Virus record (IMG/VR): IMGVR_UViG_3300028783_000001
Coordinates: 64,001-128,000 of that record
Source: a virus
DNA: 64,000 bases
Strand: one strand, 5' to 3'
Both the position numbers and the translations under genes were made by a program. Numbering within the stretch: position 1 is the stretch's first letter; every line of letters starts with the position of its first letter. Below, piece after piece: positions 55,353 to 63,866 of the stretch. The notes under the pieces were generated by a model. That model searched no databases and was not told the origin of the DNA. It saw only the letters and a program-made list of their open reading frames with translations.

Positions 55353-55913
55353 TTATCCAGTAACGGTGGTGAAGGTTGGTGTTGCCGTATTACCTAGAGT
55401 TAGTACGCCGATTGAATCTACTGCAAACGACACTGTTGGCATGATATGCTGGGTAGCAGTACCATCGAAGTCGTAACCATCAATTTTCGCAGGCATGCAG
55501 TCGGTCCAGGTAAACGTGCAATCTACCGCTCCTGTATAGTCGATTGCCTGCAGCGATATCTGCTGCTTATAACCATTGGTTCCACCGGGGAGACCAAATA
55601 CCCCATTATCAGAGACGACGATGTCAATCCACGAACGGAACGCAGACGCGACATCGTAGCTGATATCCTCCGCAAACGTCAGTGATATGTTATCGACCGA
55701 CCAGCCGGTGGGAAAGTGGCGTACACCTGCCTGAAATACGATTGGCTCGACGTCTAGATTCTTCTGAGATGCGGTTATGCGCTGCACCATAAACGATAGC
55801 TGTTGCGCCGTTACCTTACTACCAGGTATGGTAGGAAACTGCACGATAAAGCGCCACGACGGTGCTGGTGTTACACTCGTATTGATGTTTGTGTAAGATA
55901 TTCCAGCCATCAT
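55353..55913 (-). CDS. tail tube protein-like (gp19 family), paralog 2
   Basis: WRFIVQF...LTFAED...FRSW...YKQQISL...MP...VSFAVD. Confidence 0.8.
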   Translation of the reverse strand: MMAGISYTNINTSVTPAPSWRFIVQFPTIPGSKVTAQQLSFMVQRITASQKNLDVEPIVFQAGVRHFPTGWSVDNISLTFAEDISYDVASAFRSWIDIVVSDNGVFGLPGGTNGYKQQISLQAIDYTGAVDCTFTWTDCMPAKIDGYDFDGTATQHIMPTVSFAVDSIGVLTLGNTATPTFTTVTG

Positions 55914-56132
55914 ATGACCTCATAGACGCGCAAAACCGAGCAAGCTGCGCAATGGCAGACTAGCTCGGTCCATACGTGTGTGGTGGTGATTCTGCTCATG
56001 ACGGTGCGTCCCTTCTATGGCTGATGCCGATAGTTTTTCCGACGCAACGTAACTTACAGGTTCACAAGAGGGTTACTGCGTCGAGGTAGTGGATGCATTA
56101 CTGAATATAGCTGCAAATATGTTTGTAATGGA

Positions 56133-56657
56133 TCATATCACTGTGACGCCGTTTAGGCGCATGCGGTCAAACGTAAACGTTACCTGAACGATGAAGGGGT
56201 TGGCAGAGGAGCCGTCCAGCTGCGTCTGTGGCTTCTGGCTGGGCCACAGGTTATCAAACTGGTAGGCGAGGGCAGTCGCGCCTGTGTTGTCGAGCACGTT
56301 TAGCGTTCCGACCGTGACGTAACCAGCCTTGGCGGTCGCGCTGTCCTCAGACTCGGCACCGACGATGTTTTCCATCCACGTGGCGATGGTGCTGCTGACG
56401 ATCATGTCTGACGTCTCTACAAACGAAACTCCAAGAGCCTTGTCGTAGACGCGCCGGCCGCGATAGCTAAATTCCATACCGTGGATCTGAAGCAGCATCG
56501 GCTCAATGCTCTCTTCAGGAACTACTACCTGTTGGCAGCGCAACATGAGGTCAGCGTTGGTTCCAGTGCCGCCGATAGGGACGATCAGCAGTTGGAATCG
56601 ATCTGTCGGGATGATGTCGGGCAGTGCGTTGAATGCCGAATATGCGATGCCGGCCAT
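56133..56657 (-). CDS. tail tube protein (gp19 family)
   Basis: RFQLLI...YRGRRVY...VSFVET...W...NLWPS...VTFTFD; CAGGAG RBS. Confidence 0.85.
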   Translation of the reverse strand: MAGIAYSAFNALPDIIPTDRFQLLIVPIGGTGTNADLMLRCQQVVVPEESIEPMLLQIHGMEFSYRGRRVYDKALGVSFVETSDMIVSSTIATWMENIVGAESEDSATAKAGYVTVGTLNVLDNTGATALAYQFDNLWPSQKPQTQLDGSSANPFIVQVTFTFDRMRLNGVTVI

Positions 56658-56710
56658 GGTTGTTCTCCTGGTATGGTAGTGGGCTTGGTAGCAAGCCGGA
56701 TGGCATGATC

Positions 56711-56719
56711 AAAATTGGT
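56711..56719 (-). promoter_or_regulatory. ACCAATTTT candidate late promoter, copy 4
   Basis: intergenic, upstream of the tube gene. Confidence 0.55.
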
Positions 56720-56720
56720 A

Positions 56721-57245
56721 CTATGGATTGCTCTCGGATTCCGGTGGGTGAACGATGCACCGCTTGTCGGCCTTCAACATCCATAGGAGTTGTGTGGGTG
56801 TAGTGATCTGATCGGCGTCTAGCATGCGGCACCACTTGACCTTGGGATTGACCAGGGAGCTGATTACCACCATGGAGCATATAAACTCCTTGGCGCAGTG
56901 GAGCGGCAACCCAAATAGTATGCCGATGGCAGCCTCGTCGTCAAATTTGGAACCTACGATACTGAATAGGTAGTTGACCCAGTTGGCGTATTGATCAGCC
57001 GTCATGGGCAGGTCAATGAATTGCTGATCGGTGGTTCCGCTGTTGTACCACTCGTTGTTTGGGTAGTGTTGCACGCCAATGTTTATGATTGACGCAACTA
57101 TCGTTCCGTCGGAAAGGACTGCCTCGGCGTGGGCGAACTGCGCACCCTGCTCCAGGACGATAAACTCTGAAAGCAGATTCTTACGACCTAGTGTAAAGCG
57201 AATCCGCGCCGTGTTCTTGGGTGGGATCTTTGCAAAAAGTGTCAT
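56721..57245 (-). CDS. permuted papain-like NlpC/P60 (YiiX/YebB-type) enzyme
   Basis: His first (FAHAEAVL), then VGSKFD and Cys in FICS, ITTP; GAGG RBS before ATG 57245. Confidence 0.65.
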   Translation of the reverse strand: MTLFAKIPPKNTARIRFTLGRKNLLSEFIVLEQGAQFAHAEAVLSDGTIVASIINIGVQHYPNNEWYNSGTTDQQFIDLPMTADQYANWVNYLFSIVGSKFDDEAAIGILFGLPLHCAKEFICSMVVISSLVNPKVKWCRMLDADQITTPTQLLWMLKADKRCIVHPPESESNP

Positions 57246-57298
57246 TGCACAATCCTCAGGTAGGAGGGGCGGCTTTCTAGCCACCCCTTGTGGTCGTA

Positions 57299-59833
57299 CT
57301 AGTACATACCATTCGCGGCAGCCATTTCGATGGTGAAGGTGGCGGACTGACGCGTAACAACCACGTCTAGCTGGATGTACAAGATGCTGAGGGTCGGCTT
57401 GATCCACAACGCTACCTTACACACACGCTGGTCGATCACTTGAGGCGTGTTGTTCGTCGCGTCGCACTGGACGTAGAAGTCGGTTATCCCCATCGCGTCT
57501 TCAATTGGCTGCAGGATCGCATTCTCGACGGTCTGGATCGTGTGCCAGGTGAATGGATTGTTGGGCTCAAACACCGAGTAGGCGCAGACGTTTACGGACT
57601 CCGTAACTACGATGATGATGAGCCGAACCACCGGCACCGACTGAAGCGCACTCATCTCCTGCTGAAGCGTATACTCGCCCCAGATGGTGAAGGCTGCACC
57701 AAACTTACGGATACAGTTTACCTGCGCCGCCGACATCAGGTCGCGATCACCCTCGACGTATGTCACGCGAAGGGCTAGTGCTGTATTGATGAGACCGCGC
57801 GTGAGACCGGCTGGGGCCCACCAAGCGGCGGCGACCTTATCCGTGTAGGCGTATTGACATGCAACCAGTCCACTTGGTGGAACATAGCGGCGCGCGCCCA
57901 TTTGGGAATCGTAGATCAGGATATCTGGAGAGTAGATTGCGCCCCAGAAGCTTGATATGTTCATCACGTTTTGGCGGTAGTTTACAGCCGCTGCTGGAGT
58001 CTGCTGATCGGACGGCATGTCCAGAACAGAGATGCAATCCATGCGTGCAGCCGCGAGGTTTAGCATACACTGATGCACTTCTGGAGTGGCATAGCCGCCG
58101 TTGATCAGGATACGAACTGTGACTTGGTCGGTATTTGCAAAGTCGGCCCAGCCATTTACGACCTGTGCCGTCGATGGTAGGGAGCCGTCCGATCCACCAC
58201 CAAGGTAGCATGCGGTGTTTAGCGCGCATACTGGCTGCGTCGCGGCGTTTACCGTTCCAGAGAATAGTGGATTCACATTCACCTTCACGCGCGGCGAGGC
58301 GTTTGCACTGGTATTGATTACATACTCAAACCCAGTAGGATTGCCGAGACCGTCGATGCCGTTGGCAAAGGTGCAGGAATAGAGTTCTGTCGGCTGAGCA
58401 AACGTGAAGCTCTCATAGACCACGAAGTTGAAGCCGTTGGTGCTCGGCGTGTTGTTTAGTGTTACCGTATAGGTGATGGTAGCTTGTGTCACTCCGAGCG
58501 TAACAGCTAGAGCGGAGATGGAGAGTATTGTAGCGGAGTCTGGGGCAATGAGCGTGACGATGCGGTTACCAGACGTTCCGTTGTTGGCATTTGTTACGGC
58601 GGCAGTAGCACCAGGGAACGCTGTGGTGTAGGCTGCGCAGAGGGCAGTCAGCGTATCATTGTTGGTAGCGTTTGTAGTTCCGTCAAACGTCGCGGAGAAT
58701 GTGGTGCCATTGATCGTAGCGGTGACCACGTTGTTTATTAGCAGAGCACCAGAGAAGCTTAGCTGCACGCGCTGCGGAGTTCCAACGTCGACGTTTGTGA
58801 TTCCACATGCGATACCAGCTTGGCCGTAGGAATTTCCCTTGGCCGACCATGATCCTGGATTCTCCGCAACGACAAACGCGAGCCAGTCGGCTTCGTAAAT
58901 GTTCGAGGTTGGAGCACCCGCGCCGGTAATGACAGCTGAGATTGTCATTACAATGGCCTCAGGAGAGATTACGCGGATGATGGGATAATTTGTTCCGAGC
59001 GGAACTACATAAGCGAGCCCGCCACCGGCGAGACCGTCGAGCACGGTCTGGATCGACTGGGCTACTGCATTGATGGTCGTGTTGTGATCTGTGGCGAAGT
59101 TTACCACCGTACCAGATACGCTGTTGATCGTGATGGTGCAGACGCTACCGGAGACGAATAGGCCGGTAAACTCGATGTCCTGGACGTCGCGATTGACCTG
59201 CGTGTAGTCGTATTGCGACCCCGCTGGCATCGTAGTGAAGTTTGTGCCGGCTGCATTACCACCAATAGTGTTGTTGCTTAGCAGACCGAGACCGTAGGTA
59301 ACATCGGCAGATACCACGCGGTCCATCCAAAGGCTAGTGCTCTCCAACAGGAAGGCGTAGGCCGAGTCTAACATGTAGCCGATCTGTGGGTTTGGCAGAC
59401 CATACGTCTGAACGCCCTGATTGTAGCTCGATACGAAGTTTGGACCGATTGGCCCACGCATTGCTGCACCAACGATGGCTCCGATGCTATCATTGACGTA
59501 GGATGGCTGTAGGCTGTCGTCGATGATGCGTGGATAGCAAATGTTCAACGGGGTTCACTACGCCCCACCCGCTCTTTCGAGCTGCTGCATGTTGCCATGC
59601 AGATCAGACTATATCACGGTCCTGTAAGGACCCTCTTCGTTTCGAGCACCAATCGTTTGTGCTCTACTCCCTTGCGGGATAGTCGTTAGAGGTTTTCCGC
59701 TTTCCAGACTAGCTGGTAGGCTTCTTTCCTACGGGATTGGGTCAGTGACCGTTCCCCGTTTAGAAGAGTTTGCTGAGGTAGTTACCTACTTCAGGCGCCG
59801 ATCCTTAACGCCGGGTGACACTCTGAAAGTCAT
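57299..59833 (-). CDS. tail sheath protein, spliced: exon 1 59833-59808, exon 2 59537-57299 (754 aa)
   Basis: splicing yields MTFRVSPGVYPRIIDDS; RGPIG, VPPSG, WWAPAGLTRG, IWGEYTL, VFEPN, CDATNNTP, IKPT. Confidence 0.93.
59538..59807 (-). ncRNA. ORF-less group I intron (IA-like), 270 nt
   Basis: P1 GGCGU/GCGCC with U.G at the 5' splice site; P3 CUCUUC/GAAGAG; P4 ACGGG/CCCGU; R AACGACUA; S GAUAUAGUCU; P7.1, P7.2, P8 and GNRA-capped P9 hairpins; terminal G; P10 GGAUCG/CUAUCC; splicing restores the frame. Confidence 0.95.
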
Positions 59834-60870
59834 GAGGTTGCTCCTTGCTTGGTTAAGCCCATCGCGGAGTATTTCATCCTGACGGATTCGAGAGATGTGG
59901 TGTCTATTGGAATGAGAACTGTTCCATGCCTCTTACTAAATTGGCGGATAGCTACCTCCAACTTAGCTGGCGACATCTCACTACCACCACCTTTATAGTT
60001 GTTATCGGCAGAAGAAAGGACCTGAAGGTTTGCTGGGTGGCATAGCATGCTCCACGGAGTCTGCTTTCCATCATGTGAGTAGCCGTCGGCAACACTAATA
60101 ATATGATCGACGACGTAACCCTTCGAGTTTAAATCTTTTGCGTTGCGTATTAGATTGCCGTACTTTGATATCATGACATTAGTATAGTGTCGAACCCTCA
60201 TGCGATAGGTCGACTTGTCTAACGGCTGGTCCACAACAAGTCGGTTTGGATGAATCCACTCAACTCGTACAGGATTTGCGTGTAGCTTACGTCCGTTAGC
60301 ATAGCTTCGACTCTGCTTAGCCCGCTTGTTATTCCACATTCCATACGCAGTTAGAAGCGACTTGGCCCGTGGACATCCGGCTAGACGTTGAATCTGAATC
60401 GAGCTAAGGTCTTTTATCTGGCGTAGGTAGATCATGTAGTAGATGTTGTACCTATTTGCGCTACGCGACTGCGTCCTAATACCAACTAAGCAATCTGGTG
60501 GTATCCATAAACCATCAATTATCCGGTTTAGACGGGCCGTATTTAGGATTGGCAACTTGCGCGAGGGCCTTACCACTAAGTTGTTACTGACTAGTACATT
60601 CTGGATCTTATAAGCAACCTCGCGAGCACCGAATCCACAGGGAACACCGACCCTAGTTAGTGCAATATGTGGTGGGTCTCCTAGAACCATTCGTCGCGTA
60701 ATATAGGCAAGCTCGTCATAGGACATAAGCTGAGAGGTAGATTGTTGTGGCAATTCCGTCTGTACCGTATTTGCCCACTCAAGTACCATGTCTATTGACA
60801 CTCCCTTCAATGCGAGGGAATGTCTACACCAACGATCTGGATGCTTGATTGGATCGACCCTGAACTTCAT
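59830..60870 (-). CDS. HNH homing endonuclease
   Basis: C-terminal VVDHIISV...HPANLQVLSSADNNYKG; Arg/Lys-rich N-terminus. Confidence 0.85.
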   Translation of the reverse strand: MKFRVDPIKHPDRWCRHSLALKGVSIDMVLEWANTVQTELPQQSTSQLMSYDELAYITRRMVLGDPPHIALTRVGVPCGFGAREVAYKIQNVLVSNNLVVRPSRKLPILNTARLNRIIDGLWIPPDCLVGIRTQSRSANRYNIYYMIYLRQIKDLSSIQIQRLAGCPRAKSLLTAYGMWNNKRAKQSRSYANGRKLHANPVRVEWIHPNRLVVDQPLDKSTYRMRVRHYTNVMISKYGNLIRNAKDLNSKGYVVDHIISVADGYSHDGKQTPWSMLCHPANLQVLSSADNNYKGGGSEMSPAKLEVAIRQFSKRHGTVLIPIDTTSLESVRMKYSAMGLTKQGATS

Positions 60871-60902
60871 CTACACACGCCGGGAGAAACTCTGAAAGTC
60901 AT
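60867..60902 (-). other. duplicate sheath 5' end (mini-ORF MTFRVSPGVCR*)
   Basis: CAGGAGCAATACC ATG ACT TTC AGA GTT TCT CCC GGC GT; same 9 aa as exon 1. Confidence 0.9.
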
Positions 60903-60965
60903 GGTATTGCTCCTGTATTACGTGTGGCTTGGTCTACACCAAGGCTCTCATAAGTTTTAACACCG

Positions 60966-61247
60966 TCAGCGCATGGCACCGATCTCATTGCGGAGCCTTA
61001 CCGCTTCCTCTGCACTCTTCGGCGGACGGATAGACGGCTCTGGGATTGGGCGGCTAGGTACGATGGTCGTTGGATCGATCAGCTCTGGCTTGGCATTCTT
61101 GTCGACGTGGACGCGCACGTGGTTTGGAACGTGCCAGCCAAACTTATCAGCTACCCTGACTCGCATGGCCTTAGCTGGAACGTGTACGCTATCGCCGTCA
61201 AACGACTTCAGGACAATGGCGTGGTCTTTGGGGTTTGATATGATCAT
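60966..61247 (-). CDS. hypothetical protein
   Basis: AAGGA RBS; between tail terminator and sheath. Confidence 0.7.
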   Translation of the reverse strand: MIISNPKDHAIVLKSFDGDSVHVPAKAMRVRVADKFGWHVPNHVRVHVDKNAKPELIDPTTIVPSRPIPEPSIRPPKSAEEAVRLRNEIGAMR

Positions 61248-61262
61248 GGTGGGTTCCTTGTT

Positions 61263-61601
61263 TCAGGATAGTGTAATTATGCGCGCGAGGGCGCTTGGGG
61301 TTCCGGTGGAGGCAGCGTTGCGGATGTATGGTGCCGCAAGAGCACTCGATACTACTGCTAGCTGGTTAACTGGAATCTCAACAGTGGCTGCAACTGGCAG
61401 GGTCTGCGTCCACCCAAGAATGAGTGATAATTTGGCGTCGCAGTCAACTACCACGGCAATACCATCTGTAGGAAGGTAGGTGATAGCACCTGGAGCAAGA
61501 CTCAATACCTGGTCCGAATAGGTCGTGCATGCCCAGTAAGCCGCGACATTACCGATTAGACGGCGCGCAAGACGCTCGGCAATCTCAATCGTGGAGCGCA
61601 T
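61263..61601 (-). CDS. hypothetical protein
   Basis: ATG 61601; the longer track ORF overlaps the upstream gene. Confidence 0.55.
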   Translation of the reverse strand: MRSTIEIAERLARRLIGNVAAYWACTTYSDQVLSLAPGAITYLPTDGIAVVVDCDAKLSLILGWTQTLPVAATVEIPVNQLAVVSSALAAPYIRNAASTGTPSALARIITLS

Positions 61602-61655
61602 GGTAAACGTCGGTCCAGACAAGTGCAGTCTCCTCAGTAGTTGGGCTCGTACTTC

Positions 61656-61663
61656 AAATTGGT
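61656..61663 (-). promoter_or_regulatory. ACCAATTT candidate late promoter, copy 5
   Basis: intergenic, just after stop 61672. Confidence 0.5.
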
Positions 61664-61671
61664 CGGAACTG

Positions 61672-62418
61672 CTAATACTCTGGTTCGTTGACGACCTTGG
61701 TAAAGTTTTGCTCAGCAACCACGATGCCATTCTCTGGATTCGCGATGACTTCGAGGAAGTTTTGCTCGGTGACCTTGATATTGGGCTTGAGAATATTGAC
61801 CGTATGTTCGATGACGCGGATAGATGGACAGCGCCATAGGAAGCCTGAGTATGCTTCAACCTTGAGATTGGTCGTAAGTTTGAACTGATCTGAGCCTCCA
61901 GCGCCAGGTGCTGGTGTAGGAACGGTGACAGTCTTGTCCATGGTGAGCTTAATCTTGAAACTCAGCTTCGTTGACTCAGTGGCCAGGGTAAACGCTAAAT
62001 TCTCCGTGGACATCCAGCGGTCGATCATGCGTAGCATGGTGAGGATGTCGTCGGTTAAAAACGTTGCCTGGAATGTCATCAGGACCGGAGCAACCTTAGC
62101 CATGATCCAGTAGTCGCGCGTATCGTCTACCTGCATCGGATAGCCGTGCTGACGCATGGCGGTTGGATTGAAGCTGCCAGTATTTGGCTCGACCTGCATT
62201 ATGCTCACACCGATGACGGGTAGCGCAAGCGGCTTCTCCTGCTGCAGTATCATGCGTTCCAATGCATCAGGATTCGCGACTGGAATTACCTGGATGTCCT
62301 TCGGACCGATGATCTTGCTCTGAGCAGAGTACATCTTCTTAATGACGGCGAGCACGCCCTCCCAGCTCTCCACAAATAGTGGAGCACGTTCTACGCGAGG
62401 GGTTCCCTCGGTGGTCAC
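61672..62418 (-). CDS. tail terminator / sheath stabiliser (T4 gp15-like)
   Basis: LPVIGVS...APVLMTFQATFLTDD..TMLRMIDRW. Confidence 0.6.
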   Translation of the reverse strand: MTTEGTPRVERAPLFVESWEGVLAVIKKMYSAQSKIIGPKDIQVIPVANPDALERMILQQEKPLALPVIGVSIMQVEPNTGSFNPTAMRQHGYPMQVDDTRDYWIMAKVAPVLMTFQATFLTDDILTMLRMIDRWMSTENLAFTLATESTKLSFKIKLTMDKTVTVPTPAPGAGGSDQFKLTTNLKVEAYSGFLWRCPSIRVIEHTVNILKPNIKVTEQNFLEVIANPENGIVVAEQNFTKVVNEPEY

Positions 62419-62894
62419 GTGAACCTGCGAAAGTTTGTAATAGCGCGACGCGCAACCCGCTCAGTATCCGCAACGAAGGTGGCTATTCCGCTGGTTGCCT
62501 GGAGGTTTGGTGCACCGGCGTCTTGCTCTTCCTCTGGCTGATCCTCTACGTGGTCGTGGTCCACCAGTCCCTCATCAGCTGGGTTTGACGCATCAGAATC
62601 CTCGTCAACTGGATCTGCTGAGTCGTCATCGTAAGTTTCGTCGGGTATCTGCGGATCGACGGGTGCGCCGTCGTTGTTCAACACCTCAGGATCGTTGCCC
62701 ATCATCTCAGCGTCGTCAATCTCTTGCCGAATAGCGGCGGTCAGTGCGTTGAAGAATGGGCCCGCCTTTGGGTGCGTCAGGACCTTAATGGCCAGCTCAA
62801 CAGCCCTACCCAGCGCGGCGTCATCACCAGACGCAATGGCGGCGAGTGCTGCCTTGCGTGATACGATTAGCATGTCTGCGATTGGGTGCGGCAT
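62415..62894 (-). CDS. acidic hypothetical protein
   Basis: GAGG RBS; D/E-rich middle. Confidence 0.7.
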   Translation of the reverse strand: MPHPIADMLIVSRKAALAAIASGDDAALGRAVELAIKVLTHPKAGPFFNALTAAIRQEIDDAEMMGNDPEVLNNDGAPVDPQIPDETYDDDSADPVDEDSDASNPADEGLVDHDHVEDQPEEEQDAGAPNLQATSGIATFVADTERVARRAITNFRRFT

Positions 62895-62903
62895 TATTAG
62901 TCC

Positions 62904-63866
62904 TCACTTAAGGGTATTGGCATCTTCGTTTCTAGATGTCATATAGCGAGCCCACTCGCGCTCCAACGGTGGATTTGATCCAGAAAACTCCACGACGCCG
63001 TAGGTGTTGCGCTTTAGATCGCGATGCGGGTCGAAGTCGTATTTCAAGAACATTCCCCAGCGAGCATTGTAACCACGATCAACCTTGCGACCGTGAAATG
63101 GGTGGTCAATGAGCTCGTCCACAAAGCCAATCTTCTTGTTGACCTGCGCACAGGCGCGCTCCTGCCAGGTCATAACTGCATCGTGGTAATTTTTATTCGT
63201 TCCAGGTGGCATGGACATCTCGGCGTCGCCTATTAGCCCAAGAGCCATGTGATGGTCTCCCGCACCTACACCACCGATGTCAAATAGCCCACCAATCATG
63301 TCTAGGATGCTTCGTAGCCAGCCCCATGCAAATCCGGGATGCGGATAGTCGTAGGGGCTGTTGGTCAACTGTAGCGTCTTGGTGTCAAACGTTGGAACTA
63401 CCGGATGACCAGCGTGATACTGAGATGCAAAGCTCTTGTAGCTGGCAAGCAGCTCGTTGTTTGGCCCGAGATCGTGTACGACGCTCCATGGCTGAACCAC
63501 GGGGTAGAGATCTAATGCATGGATTGTCTTGGTCGCCCAACCAGCGTTGCGCCACTTGATATCGGCGTCGGCGGTAACGATGTGCTGCGCGTCGTGAGGC
63601 AATCGGTTAATACCAAGAGTCATCAACGATTCCTTGCACCACGCCTGAGTGGTGGCTTTAACCTGAACGTAGTTTACACGCTCATGTGCGCCAAGATCGG
63701 CTAGCTCATACTCACGAGATCCGTGCGCGCATTCGACTAGCGTAACTCGGACGTTTGGCTCTCGCAGCCATGACTGGACTGCTTCACGAGCTAGGCGGAT
63801 GCGGCTCTCCCACCCAACGGGATTTGATACGACGGTGACGACATCTAAGATACAGTGGCTTGACAT
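62904..63866 (-). CDS. GT-A fold glycosyltransferase-like protein
   Basis: TLVEC, WCKESLM.LG, DAD (DxD), VVQPW, HPGFAW, GGL...GAGD, HPFHG. Confidence 0.7.
   Translation of the reverse strand: MSSHCILDVVTVVSNPVGWESRIRLAREAVQSWLREPNVRVTLVECAHGSREYELADLGAHERVNYVQVKATTQAWCKESLMTLGINRLPHDAQHIVTADADIKWRNAGWATKTIHALDLYPVVQPWSVVHDLGPNNELLASYKSFASQYHAGHPVVPTFDTKTLQLTNSPYDYPHPGFAWGWLRSILDMIGGLFDIGGVGAGDHHMALGLIGDAEMSMPPGTNKNYHDAVMTWQERACAQVNKKIGFVDELIDHPFHGRKVDRGYNARWGMFLKYDFDPHRDLKRNTYGVVEFSGSNPPLEREWARYMTSRNEDANTLK

Noticed and set aside
57265-57288. Intrinsic terminator after the sheath gene
   Set aside because: Strong stem but no U-tract on either strand; kept only as a hairpin.
59538-59548. TTG start (MNICYP) for the sheath as given in the ORF track
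   Set aside because: It lies inside the intron 3' end; splicing gives the canonical SPGVY N-terminus with a proper RBS.
42794-59833. Bacterial eCIS, tailocin or T6SS locus
   Set aside because: The dense small accessory genes, intron, intein, homing nuclease and absence of host housekeeping genes fit a large phage; capsid genes are presumably outside the window.
13713-63704. Many + strand ORFs opposite structural genes, and - strand ORFs opposite rtcB and GT41
   Set aside because: They are antisense shadows of codon-biased genes with no RBS or motif support, for example the His-rich 18331..18681 opposite Gly codons.
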